In this document: in pieces, positions 7,130 to 15,988 of the stretch
How the letters are laid out: every line of letters starts with the position of its first letter
Position numbering within the stretch: the stretch's first letter is position 1
NCBI GenBank assembly: GCA_041687555.1
Contig: JAWLBU010000052.1
Span: forward strand, 1-18,045
Direction: 5' to 3'
DNA length: 18,045 bases
DNA from: Haloplasmataceae bacterium
GTDB lineage: Bacteria; Bacillota_I; Bacilli_A; Haloplasmatales; Haloplasmataceae
The notes under the pieces: generated by a model
The model's input: only the letters and a program-made list of their open reading frames with translations
Databases searched by the model: none
Told to the model about the DNA's origin: nothing
Translations under genes and position numbers: made by a program

Positions 7130-7504
7130 TTATGTTATTCCTGCAATTCCGGAAGGAGTTTCAAGGAGGGCATTATCCTGCTTAAGTGTTGCTTTGATTA
7201 AGTAAATTGCCGCAAGTACGGAAAAAAGTCGGCTTATCAGTAAATCCTTGGCAGAGCTAATACTAATGGGGTCCACATAGTCTTTGCGATTAATTAAATC
7301 GTCATAATTTTTTTTCGCAATACCTAAATCGATAAAAGCCGATATGGATGCCATATAAACGGCTATAATCAACACTTTGTTGGCTTTATTATTATTTTTT
7401 TGTTCACGTCTTTCAATGATCGATGACTGGATAGATAGAATTTCCCCGATTAATGATAAAAAAGAGCTGATATCGTCTAAACGTTCTAGTTCTTCATTAG
7501 CCAT
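7130..7504 (-). CDS. Hypothetical protein, 124 aa, acidic N-terminus, one central hydrophobic segment (VLIIAVYMASISAFIDLGI), amphipathic C-terminus
   Basis: AGGAAG Shine-Dalgarno 7 nt upstream of the ATG on minus. An extended -10 TGTTATATT lies further upstream. No motif I can assign to a named family. Confidence 0.6.
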   Translation of the reverse strand: MANEELERLDDISSFLSLIGEILSIQSSIIERREQKNNNKANKVLIIAVYMASISAFIDLGIAKKNYDDLINRKDYVDPISISSAKDLLISRLFSVLAAIYLIKATLKQDNALLETPSGIAGIT

Positions 7505-7655
7505 GTTTTCACTTCCTAAAAACTATACTAATATAACATATTAGAAAAATGAAAAAATGAATAGGTTAAAGAAATAGATGTTTAAATAAAAATTAACGCA
7601 AAGCGTATTTTTGCAGATGTTTATGCATAATATAAAGGGGAAAGAGTGTTTAACT

Positions 7656-7683
7656 TTGCATTTATGTTAATATTTGGTATAAT
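7656..7683 (+). promoter_or_regulatory. Promoter of the ferredoxin gene: TTTGCA -35-like and extended -10 TGGTATAAT (7675-7683)
   Basis: Read from the sequence. Shine-Dalgarno AAAGGAA at 7707-7713, then ATG at 7721. Confidence 0.45.
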
Positions 7684-7720
7684 TAAACAAACAAGATTGG
7701 AAAATGAAAGGAATGGTAAA

Positions 7721-7915
7721 ATGAAAGGTTTTGTAGATAAGAATACATGTATAGGATGTGGATTATGTCCGACCATTTGCCCTGATATATTTCGCATGGA
7801 TGATGACGGTTTAGCAGTTGCGGAAGATATTGAAATTCCTGATAATATATTAGCCGATGCTCAAGAAGCGGCAGAATCCTGCCCGGTAGCAGCAATAACT
7901 GTTGATAATATGTAA
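7721..7915 (+). CDS. fer: Small [4Fe-4S] ferredoxin (64 aa), Bacillus Fer-like
   Basis: CIGCGLC...CP motif (CxxCxxC plus a distal CP) and an acidic C-terminal half, comparable to B. subtilis Fer. The Shine-Dalgarno-supported start is at 7721. The longer N-terminal extension in the ORF track has no ribosome-binding site. Confidence 0.8.
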   Translation: MKGFVDKNTCIGCGLCPTICPDIFRMDDDGLAVAEDIEIPDNILADAQEAAESCPVAAITVDNM

Positions 7916-7940
7916 AGTAGCTTAAACGCTACTTTTTTAT
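7915..7940 (+). terminator. Intrinsic terminator of the ferredoxin gene: AAGTAGC-ttaaac-GCTACTT plus T-run
   Basis: 7-bp stem plus TTTTTT, starting at the stop codon. Confidence 0.65.
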
Positions 7941-7944
7941 TTAT

Positions 7945-7966
7945 AAAAAAAAGGCCTACGCCTTTT
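7945..7966 (-). terminator. Terminator of the HAD hydrolase gene: A-run, AAAAGGC-ctac-GCCTTTT (a bidirectional-type hairpin)
   Basis: The hairpin overlaps the stop codon of the minus-strand gene by 2 nt. On minus, a T-run follows it. Confidence 0.55.
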
Positions 7967-8768
7967 ATAAAAAGAATTTTTCGATTACATGAGTGATTCC
8001 TTCCTCATCATTTGATAATGTGATGTATTGTGCTTTTTCTTTAATCGGCTGACAGCCGTTGGCCATTGCCACACCAAAACCCACGGCCTCAATTAAATTA
8101 ATGTCATTATAACCGTCACCGCAGGCTATTACTTCATCCTTATCAATTTTTAAATAATCAAGCAGGATTTTTAGACAATTTCCTTTGGCGATGCCTTCGC
8201 TCATAAATTCCAAAAAGTAGGGCATGGATCGGCTAATGGACAAACGATTCTGATAAGTTTCCTTCATGATTTTTTCGACATTGGCCAAATGTAGATCGTC
8301 ACCGGTCATTAAACATTTGACACTTTTTTCTTTAACCTCTGTTTTGAAATCACTTACCTTAACCACCGGTAAATCATTGATCTGTGACTCGATCATGATG
8401 TATTTGTCATAGTCCTGAGTTATGATAAAGTTATCGGTATAAGCTAAGAGATGAGTGTTTAATTTCCGTGACTGGTCAAATAAATCGTTAATGGTCCTAA
8501 GATCCAAATATGAATCAAAAATGATTTTGTTATTTTTTACGTCGATTATTCGTCCACCGTTATATGCCAGTAAATAACCGCCATATTTTTTTAACGCCAA
8601 TATTTCCGTTGCTTTTAAGAGACCATGGGTGGGTCTTCCTGATGCTAAGATAATTTTAACACCTGATTGTTGAATTTTAATAATGGCATCCCTAGTTTTT
8701 GCGGTTATCTGATTATTAGATGTCATTAATGTCCCGTCTAAATCAAGTACGAGTGCTTTATACTTCAT
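7965..8768 (-). CDS. Cof-type HAD-IIB family phosphatase (267 aa)
   Basis: N-terminal DLDGTL motif (LVLDLDGTLM), SGRP, and C-terminal GDGYNDI motif, the classic HAD motifs I, II and IV. AGGTGAG Shine-Dalgarno. Extended -10 TGGTATAAT upstream on minus (plus coordinates 8794-8802). Confidence 0.85.
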   Translation of the reverse strand: MKYKALVLDLDGTLMTSNNQITAKTRDAIIKIQQSGVKIILASGRPTHGLLKATEILALKKYGGYLLAYNGGRIIDVKNNKIIFDSYLDLRTINDLFDQSRKLNTHLLAYTDNFIITQDYDKYIMIESQINDLPVVKVSDFKTEVKEKSVKCLMTGDDLHLANVEKIMKETYQNRLSISRSMPYFLEFMSEGIAKGNCLKILLDYLKIDKDEVIACGDGYNDINLIEAVGFGVAMANGCQPIKEKAQYITLSNDEEGITHVIEKFFL

Positions 8769-8855
8769 ATTCTCACCTACACATAATCTATATATTATAC
8801 CATATTTTTTAAAAAGAAAAGCATTTTGAATTTTATCTTTATTTTACTAATCATC

Positions 8856-8884
8856 TTGGTTAATTTTGTATTATATTGTAAAAT
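8856..8884 (+). promoter_or_regulatory. Sigma-A-type promoter: TTGGTT, 17-nt spacer, TAAAAT, for the PAS-GGDEF-EAL gene. It is divergent from the HAD gene promoter.
   Basis: Hexamers and spacing read directly. GAGGTG Shine-Dalgarno lies 5 nt before the ATG at 8916. Confidence 0.5.
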
Positions 8885-8915
8885 AATAATCAGGTGCAAT
8901 TATTGAGGTGAAGAT

Positions 8916-11660
8916 ATGAAGAAGAATCGAAGAAGTCTTAAAAGAAGCATCAATTATTCATTATTTATATTACTTAATTTATTAATCATTTCATTAATAT
9001 GTTATCATTTTTTTAATAAGTATCGCAACAGCCTAGGAGAAAAGACCATCCAATACAATGAAATTCATCGGAATGTCAATGAATTAGAAATAACCGTCAA
9101 TGAACTAGAACGGATAAAGATCGTATATCTGTCGTATCCCGACGAAGATTTATTGGACCAGTATAAAGGTTTAAAAAGCACCTACAATAAAATCACTATT
9201 TTATCCGCTGTTAATAAATATAACGAGGATTTATTGCCATCTGCTAGGAATTTGATCAGTAAAATCGATTTATTATTTGAAAGTCATGAAAATAATATTG
9301 CGGGAAATCATGAAGAAATCGCAGAAGATATCGAAAAATTTTATGCTGATGTCACAAGTTATCATGTAACAGTAACAGATCAGCTAAATGATAGAATTAC
9401 CGTTTTTCAGTGGTGGTCCTTATTATTAACAGTGATTATTTTTGTGTACTTTGTGTATTTTATGGTAAGAATGTATTACCTTGTGATTAAGCCGATAATG
9501 TTAAGTCAGCAAGTATTAACGGAAATAAATAATGGTAATGAGAAACTACGATTGGTCTATAAATATAAAAATGAAGTGGCTGATTTGATAAATAGTTTAA
9601 ACAGATATATTGACCTGTCACAAAATAGCTTTAAACTTATTGAAGATCAATATAATCGTTTAAAGCTGTATTCTGATATCGGGGAAATCAATTATGTGGA
9701 ATACAGTTATGAAGATAAGATTATTAAAATTAATTACAGTAAGAAATTTGTGGAAAAGTACAATCTGAAAAGTCATATGATAACTTATACCGTCAAAGAA
9801 TTCGCTTCTTTAGTCCATCCGAATGACCGTGAGGCATTCTTTAAACAGTTGGAACAAATAAATGTCTATAAAGACAAAGATTATCAGCTCGATTATCGGA
9901 TCAAATATCCGGAAGCGGATAAGTATTGTTATGTTTCCACGATTGGTAAGATAAACTGTGACAAGGGCGATTACTTCATGGGAGTTCAATTTGATATCAC
10001 ATATTTGAAAGATATTCAAAATCAACTTCAGGAACAGGAAGAGCAATATCGTCTGATTTTGGAGAACTCATCCGATTTAATCGGAAAAATAAGCGCCGAC
10101 GGCAAAATTTTATATGCCAGTAGGGCTTATAAAGAAACCTTTGGGGATAATAAAGAATACATAGATGATTTCAATCACATGGTAAAATGGGCAAATAGTG
10201 ACTGGTTTACCAGTTTATTCAAACCACCCTATACTTCTCATGAAGAAATTTTGGTTAGCACACCGGATGGAGATAAATGGATATCCTGGAATAATGATGC
10301 TATCCTAAATGAAAACAATGAGGTAGAATATATCATTTCCGTAGGTCATAATATTACCGAATTAAAACGTTATAATGATAAGCTAAAGTATGATTCCGAA
10401 CATGATATGTTGACGGATTTACTAAATCGCCGGGGTCTGTTTGACAGATTAAAGCACTTAAGGGACATTAACAGTCTGGCGGCCTTCTTTATCGATTTAG
10501 ATAATTTTAAAAATATCAATGATTTATACGGTCATGAATTCGGTGATAAAATAATTCAATTATTTGCGAAGGATTTAATGGCTTTTAAAGAACACGGATG
10601 TATAATCAGCAGATTATCGGGTGATGAGTTTTTGGTATTGGTACCAAATTTTACCGATGAAGATTCGTTAAAATTCTTTAAAAATTATTTAAATAAACAT
10701 GTGAATAATATCTATCGGGTTGAGGGTATTGATATATATATTACCACAAGTATCGGTTATGCATTATATCCCGAGGATACATCCGATTTTGATAAATTAA
10801 TTTCCTATGCCGATATCGCGATGTATGAATGTAAAATAAATCATTTGAACCGTTGTTTAAGATTTTCAAAAGAGATGTATGAAGTGGTAAATAAAAAAGT
10901 AGGCATCGCAAATGATTTAAAAGTGGCGATAGATAAAGATGAATTTGAGATATATTACCAAGAAATAGTAAACGTAAATACAAATAATGTCGATTATCTC
11001 GAATCATTGGTCAGATGGCACAGCAGTAAAGGAATTATCATGCCCGGAGATTTTATTCCGATTGCCGAGGAATCAGGATTCATCCTGTCCTTGGATTTAT
11101 TACTGATTGAGAAATCATTTAAACAATTCTCGCAGCTAAAGAAGACCAAAAAATATGCTGATACCAAATTGTCGTTTAATGTGTCACCATCATTTCTTTT
11201 AAGAAATAATTTTGTCTCACATATTAATAATTTAGCGAAGAAGTGTCAATTGAAAAATCAGGATATTTGTATCGAAATAAATGAAAATACTTTTGTCAAT
11301 AATATTGAAATATGCCGAAATCAAATAAAAAGTCTTAGAGAATATGGCTTTATCGTAGCACTCGATGATTTTGGCAGGGAATATTCTTCACTGTCAATAC
11401 TTAGCAGAGTTGATTTTGATATTATTAAATTGGACCGTTTATTTATTAATAATCTGGATTTGAAATTAAATATTGAAATAATTAACATGGTTAATCGTAT
11501 CGCCAATCTTACGAATAATTTAGTCATCGTTGAAGGGGTGGAAACGGAAGAACAGGCGAAGTTATTAAGGAAAATGGGATGTTTCCTAATGCAGGGCTTT
11601 TTATTTTCCAAACCGTCTAAAATTAATATTGAGGAACTGCTCGTATCAGAAAAGTATTAA
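8916..11660 (+). CDS. Membrane-anchored sensor: two TM helices flanking a ~130-aa extracytoplasmic domain, then PAS domains, a GGDEF domain with an SGDEF variant motif, and an EAL c-di-GMP phosphodiesterase domain
   Basis: TM segments LFILLNLLIISLICYHFF and WWSLLLTVIIFVYFVYFMV. DLDNFKNIND plus RLSGDEF (10617-10631). EAL-domain motifs YQE, ESLVRW (11001-11018), DDFGREYSSLS, EGVETEE and QGFLFSKP are all present, suggesting an active phosphodiesterase. Confidence 0.85.
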   Translation: MKKNRRSLKRSINYSLFILLNLLIISLICYHFFNKYRNSLGEKTIQYNEIHRNVNELEITVNELERIKIVYLSYPDEDLLDQYKGLKSTYNKITILSAVNKYNEDLLPSARNLISKIDLLFESHENNIAGNHEEIAEDIEKFYADVTSYHVTVTDQLNDRITVFQWWSLLLTVIIFVYFVYFMVRMYYLVIKPIMLSQQVLTEINNGNEKLRLVYKYKNEVADLINSLNRYIDLSQNSFKLIEDQYNRLKLYSDIGEINYVEYSYEDKIIKINYSKKFVEKYNLKSHMITYTVKEFASLVHPNDREAFFKQLEQINVYKDKDYQLDYRIKYPEADKYCYVSTIGKINCDKGDYFMGVQFDITYLKDIQNQLQEQEEQYRLILENSSDLIGKISADGKILYASRAYKETFGDNKEYIDDFNHMVKWANSDWFTSLFKPPYTSHEEILVSTPDGDKWISWNNDAILNENNEVEYIISVGHNITELKRYNDKLKYDSEHDMLTDLLNRRGLFDRLKHLRDINSLAAFFIDLDNFKNINDLYGHEFGDKIIQLFAKDLMAFKEHGCIISRLSGDEFLVLVPNFTDEDSLKFFKNYLNKHVNNIYRVEGIDIYITTSIGYALYPEDTSDFDKLISYADIAMYECKINHLNRCLRFSKEMYEVVNKKVGIANDLKVAIDKDEFEIYYQEIVNVNTNNVDYLESLVRWHSSKGIIMPGDFIPIAEESGFILSLDLLLIEKSFKQFSQLKKTKKYADTKLSFNVSPSFLLRNNFVSHINNLAKKCQLKNQDICIEINENTFVNNIEICRNQIKSLREYGFIVALDDFGREYSSLSILSRVDFDIIKLDRLFINNLDLKLNIEIINMVNRIANLTNNLVIVEGVETEEQAKLLRKMGCFLMQGFLFSKPSKINIEELLVSEKY

Positions 11661-11729
11661 CCATATTTACTAATTTCGACATTTTTTTGAACCTTTATTC
11701 CTTATAATAAAAGTAAGGAGTGAAGGAAA

Positions 11730-12524
11730 ATGCTAAAAGAGATTACGACAATTATAGAAACAGTAGATGACAGTAAAAACAGGATAATCTCACCTAAATT
11801 AATTTATAACGACAAGTTTTTATTAAGCTTAATTCTGAAATGGTTTGTCAGGCAATCACATTTAATTGTCAATTCGGACCTTGATCGGAAAATATGTAAA
11901 GCTTGTCAGTTAATTGACGGGTCAAGATTTTATATAAATGCGACGATTGAAACTCCTTTTAAAGTACGAAAAAAGGGGGAAAAGGATGTTTTAGCCGAAG
12001 CCAGTGCGACTGTCAGCGGTGCTGTGGGGCATTTTTCAATCCGCTACGGTAAGAAAAAAGAAAAATTGATACTCTTACCCGATGCCGGACAATTTGTCAT
12101 ATTGGAGACAACAATGATAAAACCGTTAAAAAAAGGCGGCAAGAACATGAGAAAGTATCATCAAATCGCTAAGGATATCGGTTGTATGGTGCATACCCTG
12201 AGTCAAATAGAAAATAAATTCTTAGATTATCTGGGTTTATATGTTTTTGCTCCGGAAACTGTTCTCCAATTAGAAACGTTCAAAACTTACACATATAAAC
12301 CAAGCATTGAAGAATTGATGGTAAAAAGAGTCGAACCATACGGTGATGACGAAGACAAGCTGTTATTTATCGATTTATTCAGACGTTTATTTCAACGGAT
12401 AGATATTGATTGTATTTCGTTTGAAGACATCATCAGGTTTATCAAGAAAAATGATGCGGAGTACGGGGATAATTTATTATCTTTTTATGATAAATGTTTA
12501 AGATATCATGGCTTAATTGCTTAA
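11730..12524 (+). CDS. Hypothetical cytoplasmic protein, 264 aa, no recognisable family
   Basis: Strong AAGGAG Shine-Dalgarno 10 nt upstream. No strong terminator separates it from the upstream PAS-GGDEF-EAL gene. A terminator lies downstream. No TM helix. Contains a Lys-rich GKKKEKLILLPDAGQFVILETTMIKPLKKGGK segment. Confidence 0.6.
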   Translation: MLKEITTIIETVDDSKNRIISPKLIYNDKFLLSLILKWFVRQSHLIVNSDLDRKICKACQLIDGSRFYINATIETPFKVRKKGEKDVLAEASATVSGAVGHFSIRYGKKKEKLILLPDAGQFVILETTMIKPLKKGGKNMRKYHQIAKDIGCMVHTLSQIENKFLDYLGLYVFAPETVLQLETFKTYTYKPSIEELMVKRVEPYGDDEDKLLFIDLFRRLFQRIDIDCISFEDIIRFIKKNDAEYGDNLLSFYDKCLRYHGLIA

Positions 12525-12549
12525 GATCACATTATTTGTGGTCTTTTTC
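12523..12549 (+). terminator. Intrinsic terminator: AAGATCACA-loop-TGTGGTCTT (one G-U wobble) plus T-run
   Basis: It overlaps the stop at 12522-12524. TTTTT follows. Confidence 0.5.
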
Positions 12550-12569
12550 TTTTACATTATGCTTATTAG

Positions 12570-12578
12570 TGATATAAT
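12570..12578 (+). promoter_or_regulatory. Extended -10 element TGATATAAT upstream of the 368-aa gene
   Basis: Read from the sequence. The -35 is weak (TTTTAC/TTTACA). Confidence 0.35.
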
Positions 12579-12674
12579 TATTTTAAAATATGGAGTAATT
12601 AATTAAAAAAATCATAAAAATGTAAATTATTGGGAAAATATGAATATATTAAAAAGAAATAAGGAGATGAATAT

Positions 12675-13781
12675 ATGCGAGTAATAAAATGGTTCTTTAT
12701 TCTTTCTTTTATCGTCGTTATCGGAATTCCGTCCGCAGTAATCGGTGCTGCCCTGATAAAAGACGAAAAACCTCCTGCCTATTTAAGTGAAGTGGATCTT
12801 AATGAATTTGACGGTGAAGAAGCTATTTTAGCCGAATTAGATAAGTTTATCATTCAATTTATTTCGGGAGATCAAAGTATCACTCTTGATGAAAAAACGG
12901 TCAATAAATTAATTTATGCAAACTACCATGGCTTTAAAGACGATAAAACAAAAATAGTCGTTAATGATGACATAGTTATTCATATCGAGGGCTTTTGGAC
13001 TGATTTTGAAAATGATGAATTAACATTATATACAATTTTACGCAATGGTAAAGTTAGTACTTCTTTAACTTTAAAAGCCAAAATTACGACATCCGAAGAT
13101 AGTTTATCAATCGAATTTGAAAGATTTAAGATTGGGAAACTTCCTATACCGAACAGTGTTTTTGTTACTTTATTAGATAATTATGGGTCATCAATTACTA
13201 GTGAATATGAATATGGAACAATAGATACCGAAAAATTAATCATTACGGTCGACAAAGAATATATTCAGGACGAATTGGAAAAGGCTATGAACAGCAACCT
13301 GATCTTATTTGATAGTTTAGTTTTTCAGAAGAATCAGTTGGTTATTAATTGCGATTTAAATGCCGAAATTAATCCCGATGCTGCCGTTTTACTTGAAACA
13401 ATAGATGAGATTAAAAGAATCGTAAATGATGATTCATTATTAAATAATGTCAAAAATAGATTAGATGATGATGACTTGACAGCGGATGAAAAGAATAAGG
13501 TAGATGATTTCATTGATGAGTTAACGGAATTTAATGAAATCATTAAAAGTAAAATCGAAAATCCTACGGGTGTAAGTGCTGATGATTTAGAAACAATAAA
13601 CGGTTTACAGGATAAATTTAACGATATTCCTGAAAGCAGTAAACAGGAAGTAGTTTTAGCACTTGAAGAAAGTATCGATCCCAATATCAAGGAACAATTA
13701 TTAGAAACTTTGGAATCTTTAGGTATTTCAGGTTTTGAAAATGTATCCGATTTAATATTTGGCACGGGTTCGTCAAAATAA
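12675..13781 (+). CDS. Hypothetical membrane-anchored protein, 368 aa. It has an N-terminal signal-anchor helix, a large extracytoplasmic domain and a very acidic C-terminal third.
   Basis: AAGGAG Shine-Dalgarno 8 nt upstream. N-terminal WFFILSFIVVIGIPSAVIGAALI with no lipobox Cys. The remainder is hydrophilic and Asp/Glu-rich. Strong terminator downstream. Confidence 0.6.
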   Translation: MRVIKWFFILSFIVVIGIPSAVIGAALIKDEKPPAYLSEVDLNEFDGEEAILAELDKFIIQFISGDQSITLDEKTVNKLIYANYHGFKDDKTKIVVNDDIVIHIEGFWTDFENDELTLYTILRNGKVSTSLTLKAKITTSEDSLSIEFERFKIGKLPIPNSVFVTLLDNYGSSITSEYEYGTIDTEKLIITVDKEYIQDELEKAMNSNLILFDSLVFQKNQLVINCDLNAEINPDAAVLLETIDEIKRIVNDDSLLNNVKNRLDDDDLTADEKNKVDDFIDELTEFNEIIKSKIENPTGVSADDLETINGLQDKFNDIPESSKQEVVLALEESIDPNIKEQLLETLESLGISGFENVSDLIFGTGSSK

Positions 13782-13790
13782 ACAAAAATG

Positions 13791-13823
13791 AAACAAATTC
13801 TAAATTTTAGAATTTGTTTTTTT
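13791..13823 (+). terminator. Intrinsic terminator: AAACAAATTCTAAA / TTTAGAATTTGTTT palindrome plus T7
   Basis: About 12-bp stem followed by a T-run, 10 nt after the stop. Confidence 0.7.
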
Positions 13824-13843
13824 AATGTTATTATTTTCATATA

Positions 13844-13872
13844 TTTACTAATATCCCACATTATGGTATAAT
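13844..13872 (+). promoter_or_regulatory. Promoter of the NfeD-flotillin operon: TTTACT, 17-nt spacer, extended -10 TGGTATAAT
   Basis: Read from the sequence. AAGGGGG Shine-Dalgarno 7 nt before the ATG at 13900. Confidence 0.5.
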
Positions 13873-13899
13873 TTTCTCAGTTAGAAAGGGGGTTAGAAT

Positions 13900-14508
13900 A
13901 TGTTAGAATATTTTAAAGATTTGAATGGATTGCAAGCAACTTATTTTTATGTAGCTTTATTTAGCTCCGTATTATTTATCTTACAATCCATTTTTACATT
14001 TCTGGACTTAGGGGATCATTTTGAACTGGATACTAACTTTGATGGTGATGTAGATGTAGATTGGTCTGAAAGCCTTGGGCTACCATTTCACTTATTCACG
14101 ATACGCGGTATTATTGGCTTTTTTATGTTATTTGGTTGGTCAGGTTTTTTATTTAGTAAAAAGGATATGCATTTTGTACTAACTTTCTTCTTATCTTTTT
14201 TATGTGGATTGATAATGATGTTTGTGATCGCATTAATTTATCATTTTGCCGATAAATTAGGGGAAAGTGGCAATGTTTATTTAAAATCCGCCATAGGTAA
14301 GCAGGGTGAAGTCTATATACCTATACCAGAGAAGAATTCCGGTACCGGTAAAGTTACCGTAGTATTAAATGATTCTTTAAAAGAATTAGATGCAATTACT
14401 TACAATGATGCGCTTAAAAGCGGAGATATTGTAAAAGTAATTGACGTGCTTAATGATAAGTTAGTAGTAGAAAAAATAAATAAAAATGAAGGGGAGAAAG
14501 CTGTATGA
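13900..14508 (+). CDS. NfeD-like membrane protein (YuaF/YqiJ family): N-terminal TM helices plus a C-terminal OB-fold beta domain
   Basis: Hydrophobic N-terminal two-thirds and a C-terminal soluble segment (KVTVVLNDS...GDIVKVIDV). The 4-nt ATGA overlap with the downstream flotillin gene is the canonical NfeD-SPFH operon arrangement. Confidence 0.7.
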   Translation: MLEYFKDLNGLQATYFYVALFSSVLFILQSIFTFLDLGDHFELDTNFDGDVDVDWSESLGLPFHLFTIRGIIGFFMLFGWSGFLFSKKDMHFVLTFFLSFLCGLIMMFVIALIYHFADKLGESGNVYLKSAIGKQGEVYIPIPEKNSGTGKVTVVLNDSLKELDAITYNDALKSGDIVKVIDVLNDKLVVEKINKNEGEKAV

Positions 14509-15935
14509 TTATTTTAACAGTTGATACTTTTGTACCGCTCATTATCATTTTTGCGATTGTGGCTATGATTGTCTTTGTCTTTGTCATGAGTCGTTATCGC
14601 AGATGTCCTGCAGACAAAATCTTAGTTATTTATGGTAAGGTTGGTAGAGGTACGGAAGGTGATTCACGTAGTGCTCGTTGTATTCATGGAGGTGCGGCAT
14701 TTGTTTGGCCGGTAATTCAAGATTATAAATATATGGATTTAACTCCGATGTCAATTGAAGTAAATCTTACAAATGCTTTAAGTAGACAAAATATCCGTGT
14801 GGATGTACCAAGCAGATTTACTGTCGGTATTTCTACCGAAGTGGGCGTTATGCAAAACGCTGCTGAACGTTTATTAGGGTTAAGTCATAATGATATAAAG
14901 GCTTTGGCAAGCGATATATTATTTGGACAATTACGTTTGGTAATTGCGACAATGGATATTGAGGAAATTAATGCTGACCGTGATATGTTCTTGGCTAACG
15001 TTTCGAAAAACGTTGAACAGGAATTAAAGAAAATCGGATTAAAATTAATTAACGTAAACGTAACTGACATCATGGATGAATCAGGTTATATTGAAGCATT
15101 AGGAAAAGAAGCTGCTGCCAAGGCAATTAACGATGCTCGTAAATCCGTGGCGGAAAAAACCCGTGACGGTTCGATTGGTGAAGCCAATGCTAATCAGGAA
15201 GAACGTGTAAAAGTTGCCGAAGCAAACGCGGCTGCAGTTCAAGGGGAAAACGAAGCTAGAATCCTAATCGCAAACTCAGAGGCCAACCGTCGTGAAAAAG
15301 CCGCCATAGCGGAAAGAGTAGCGACCGCGGCTGAGAATGTTCAAAAAGCTAAAGCTTTGGAAGAATCATATTTGGCTGAAGAAAATGCCGAAATCGCTCG
15401 TGCAAAAAGAGAAAGAGCTACTTTGGAAGCTGATGCCATTGTTAAAGCCGAAATAGACAAACAAAAAGTGGAAATTGCGGCCGAGGCTGAAGCTGAGAGA
15501 ATCAGACGTCAGGCTAAAGGGGAAGCCGATGCTATTCTGTTTAGGATGCAAGCACAGGCTGACGGTCTTAATGCTATCTTGACTAAGCAAGCGCAAGGTT
15601 TTGCCGAATTAGTCAGAGCAGCCGGAGGAGATCCACAAGCAGCTATTTCCATGATGATTACGGATAAATTGCCTGAACTTGTTAAGACACAAGTTGAAGC
15701 TATCAAAGGTATTAAGATTGATAAAGTAACTGTTTGGGATAACTTGGGCAAAGATGGTGACGGTTCGACATCAACCGCTAAATTCTTATCAGGACTGTTA
15801 AAATCATTACCACCGTTTGAGGACGTATTTAAGATGGCCGGAATGGAATTGCCAAAGTTCTTTAAAGGTAGTGAACAACAGGTTATCGAACAATCGGAAA
15901 AGCCTAAATCCGAAGTAGAAGAAACTGAAGAATAG
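14505..15935 (+). CDS. floT: Flotillin-like SPFH/band-7 protein (476 aa), FloT-like
   Basis: N-terminal membrane hairpin, SPFH domain, and a long Ala/Glu-rich coiled-coil (EA repeats). Comparable to B. subtilis FloT (YuaG) as I recall it. Local GC is higher than the surroundings. Confidence 0.85.
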   Translation: MIILTVDTFVPLIIIFAIVAMIVFVFVMSRYRRCPADKILVIYGKVGRGTEGDSRSARCIHGGAAFVWPVIQDYKYMDLTPMSIEVNLTNALSRQNIRVDVPSRFTVGISTEVGVMQNAAERLLGLSHNDIKALASDILFGQLRLVIATMDIEEINADRDMFLANVSKNVEQELKKIGLKLINVNVTDIMDESGYIEALGKEAAAKAINDARKSVAEKTRDGSIGEANANQEERVKVAEANAAAVQGENEARILIANSEANRREKAAIAERVATAAENVQKAKALEESYLAEENAEIARAKRERATLEADAIVKAEIDKQKVEIAAEAEAERIRRQAKGEADAILFRMQAQADGLNAILTKQAQGFAELVRAAGGDPQAAISMMITDKLPELVKTQVEAIKGIKIDKVTVWDNLGKDGDGSTSTAKFLSGLLKSLPPFEDVFKMAGMELPKFFKGSEQQVIEQSEKPKSEVEETEE

Positions 15936-15943
15936 TTAATTAA

Positions 15944-15974
15944 AACGTAAAGGTTAAAAACTTTACGTTTTTTT
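15944..15974 (+). terminator. Intrinsic terminator: AACGTAAAG-loop-CTTTACGTT plus T7
   Basis: 9-bp stem plus a T-run, 9 nt after the stop. Confidence 0.7.
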
Positions 15975-15988
15975 AATAAATAATGTTA

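Noticed and set aside
7646-7720. N-terminal extension of the ferredoxin ORF (MFNFAFMLIFGIIKQTRLENERNGK)
   Set aside because: There is no ribosome-binding site at 7646. The extension overlaps the predicted promoter and -10 element. The Shine-Dalgarno-supported ATG at 7721 yields a canonical-length ferredoxin.
13334-13861. 175-aa ORF on the minus strand
   Set aside because: It lies antisense to, and entirely within, the well-supported 368-aa plus-strand gene. Its composition is low-complexity and Ser/Leu/Ile-rich, typical of a reverse-strand artefact in AT-rich DNA. There is no Shine-Dalgarno.
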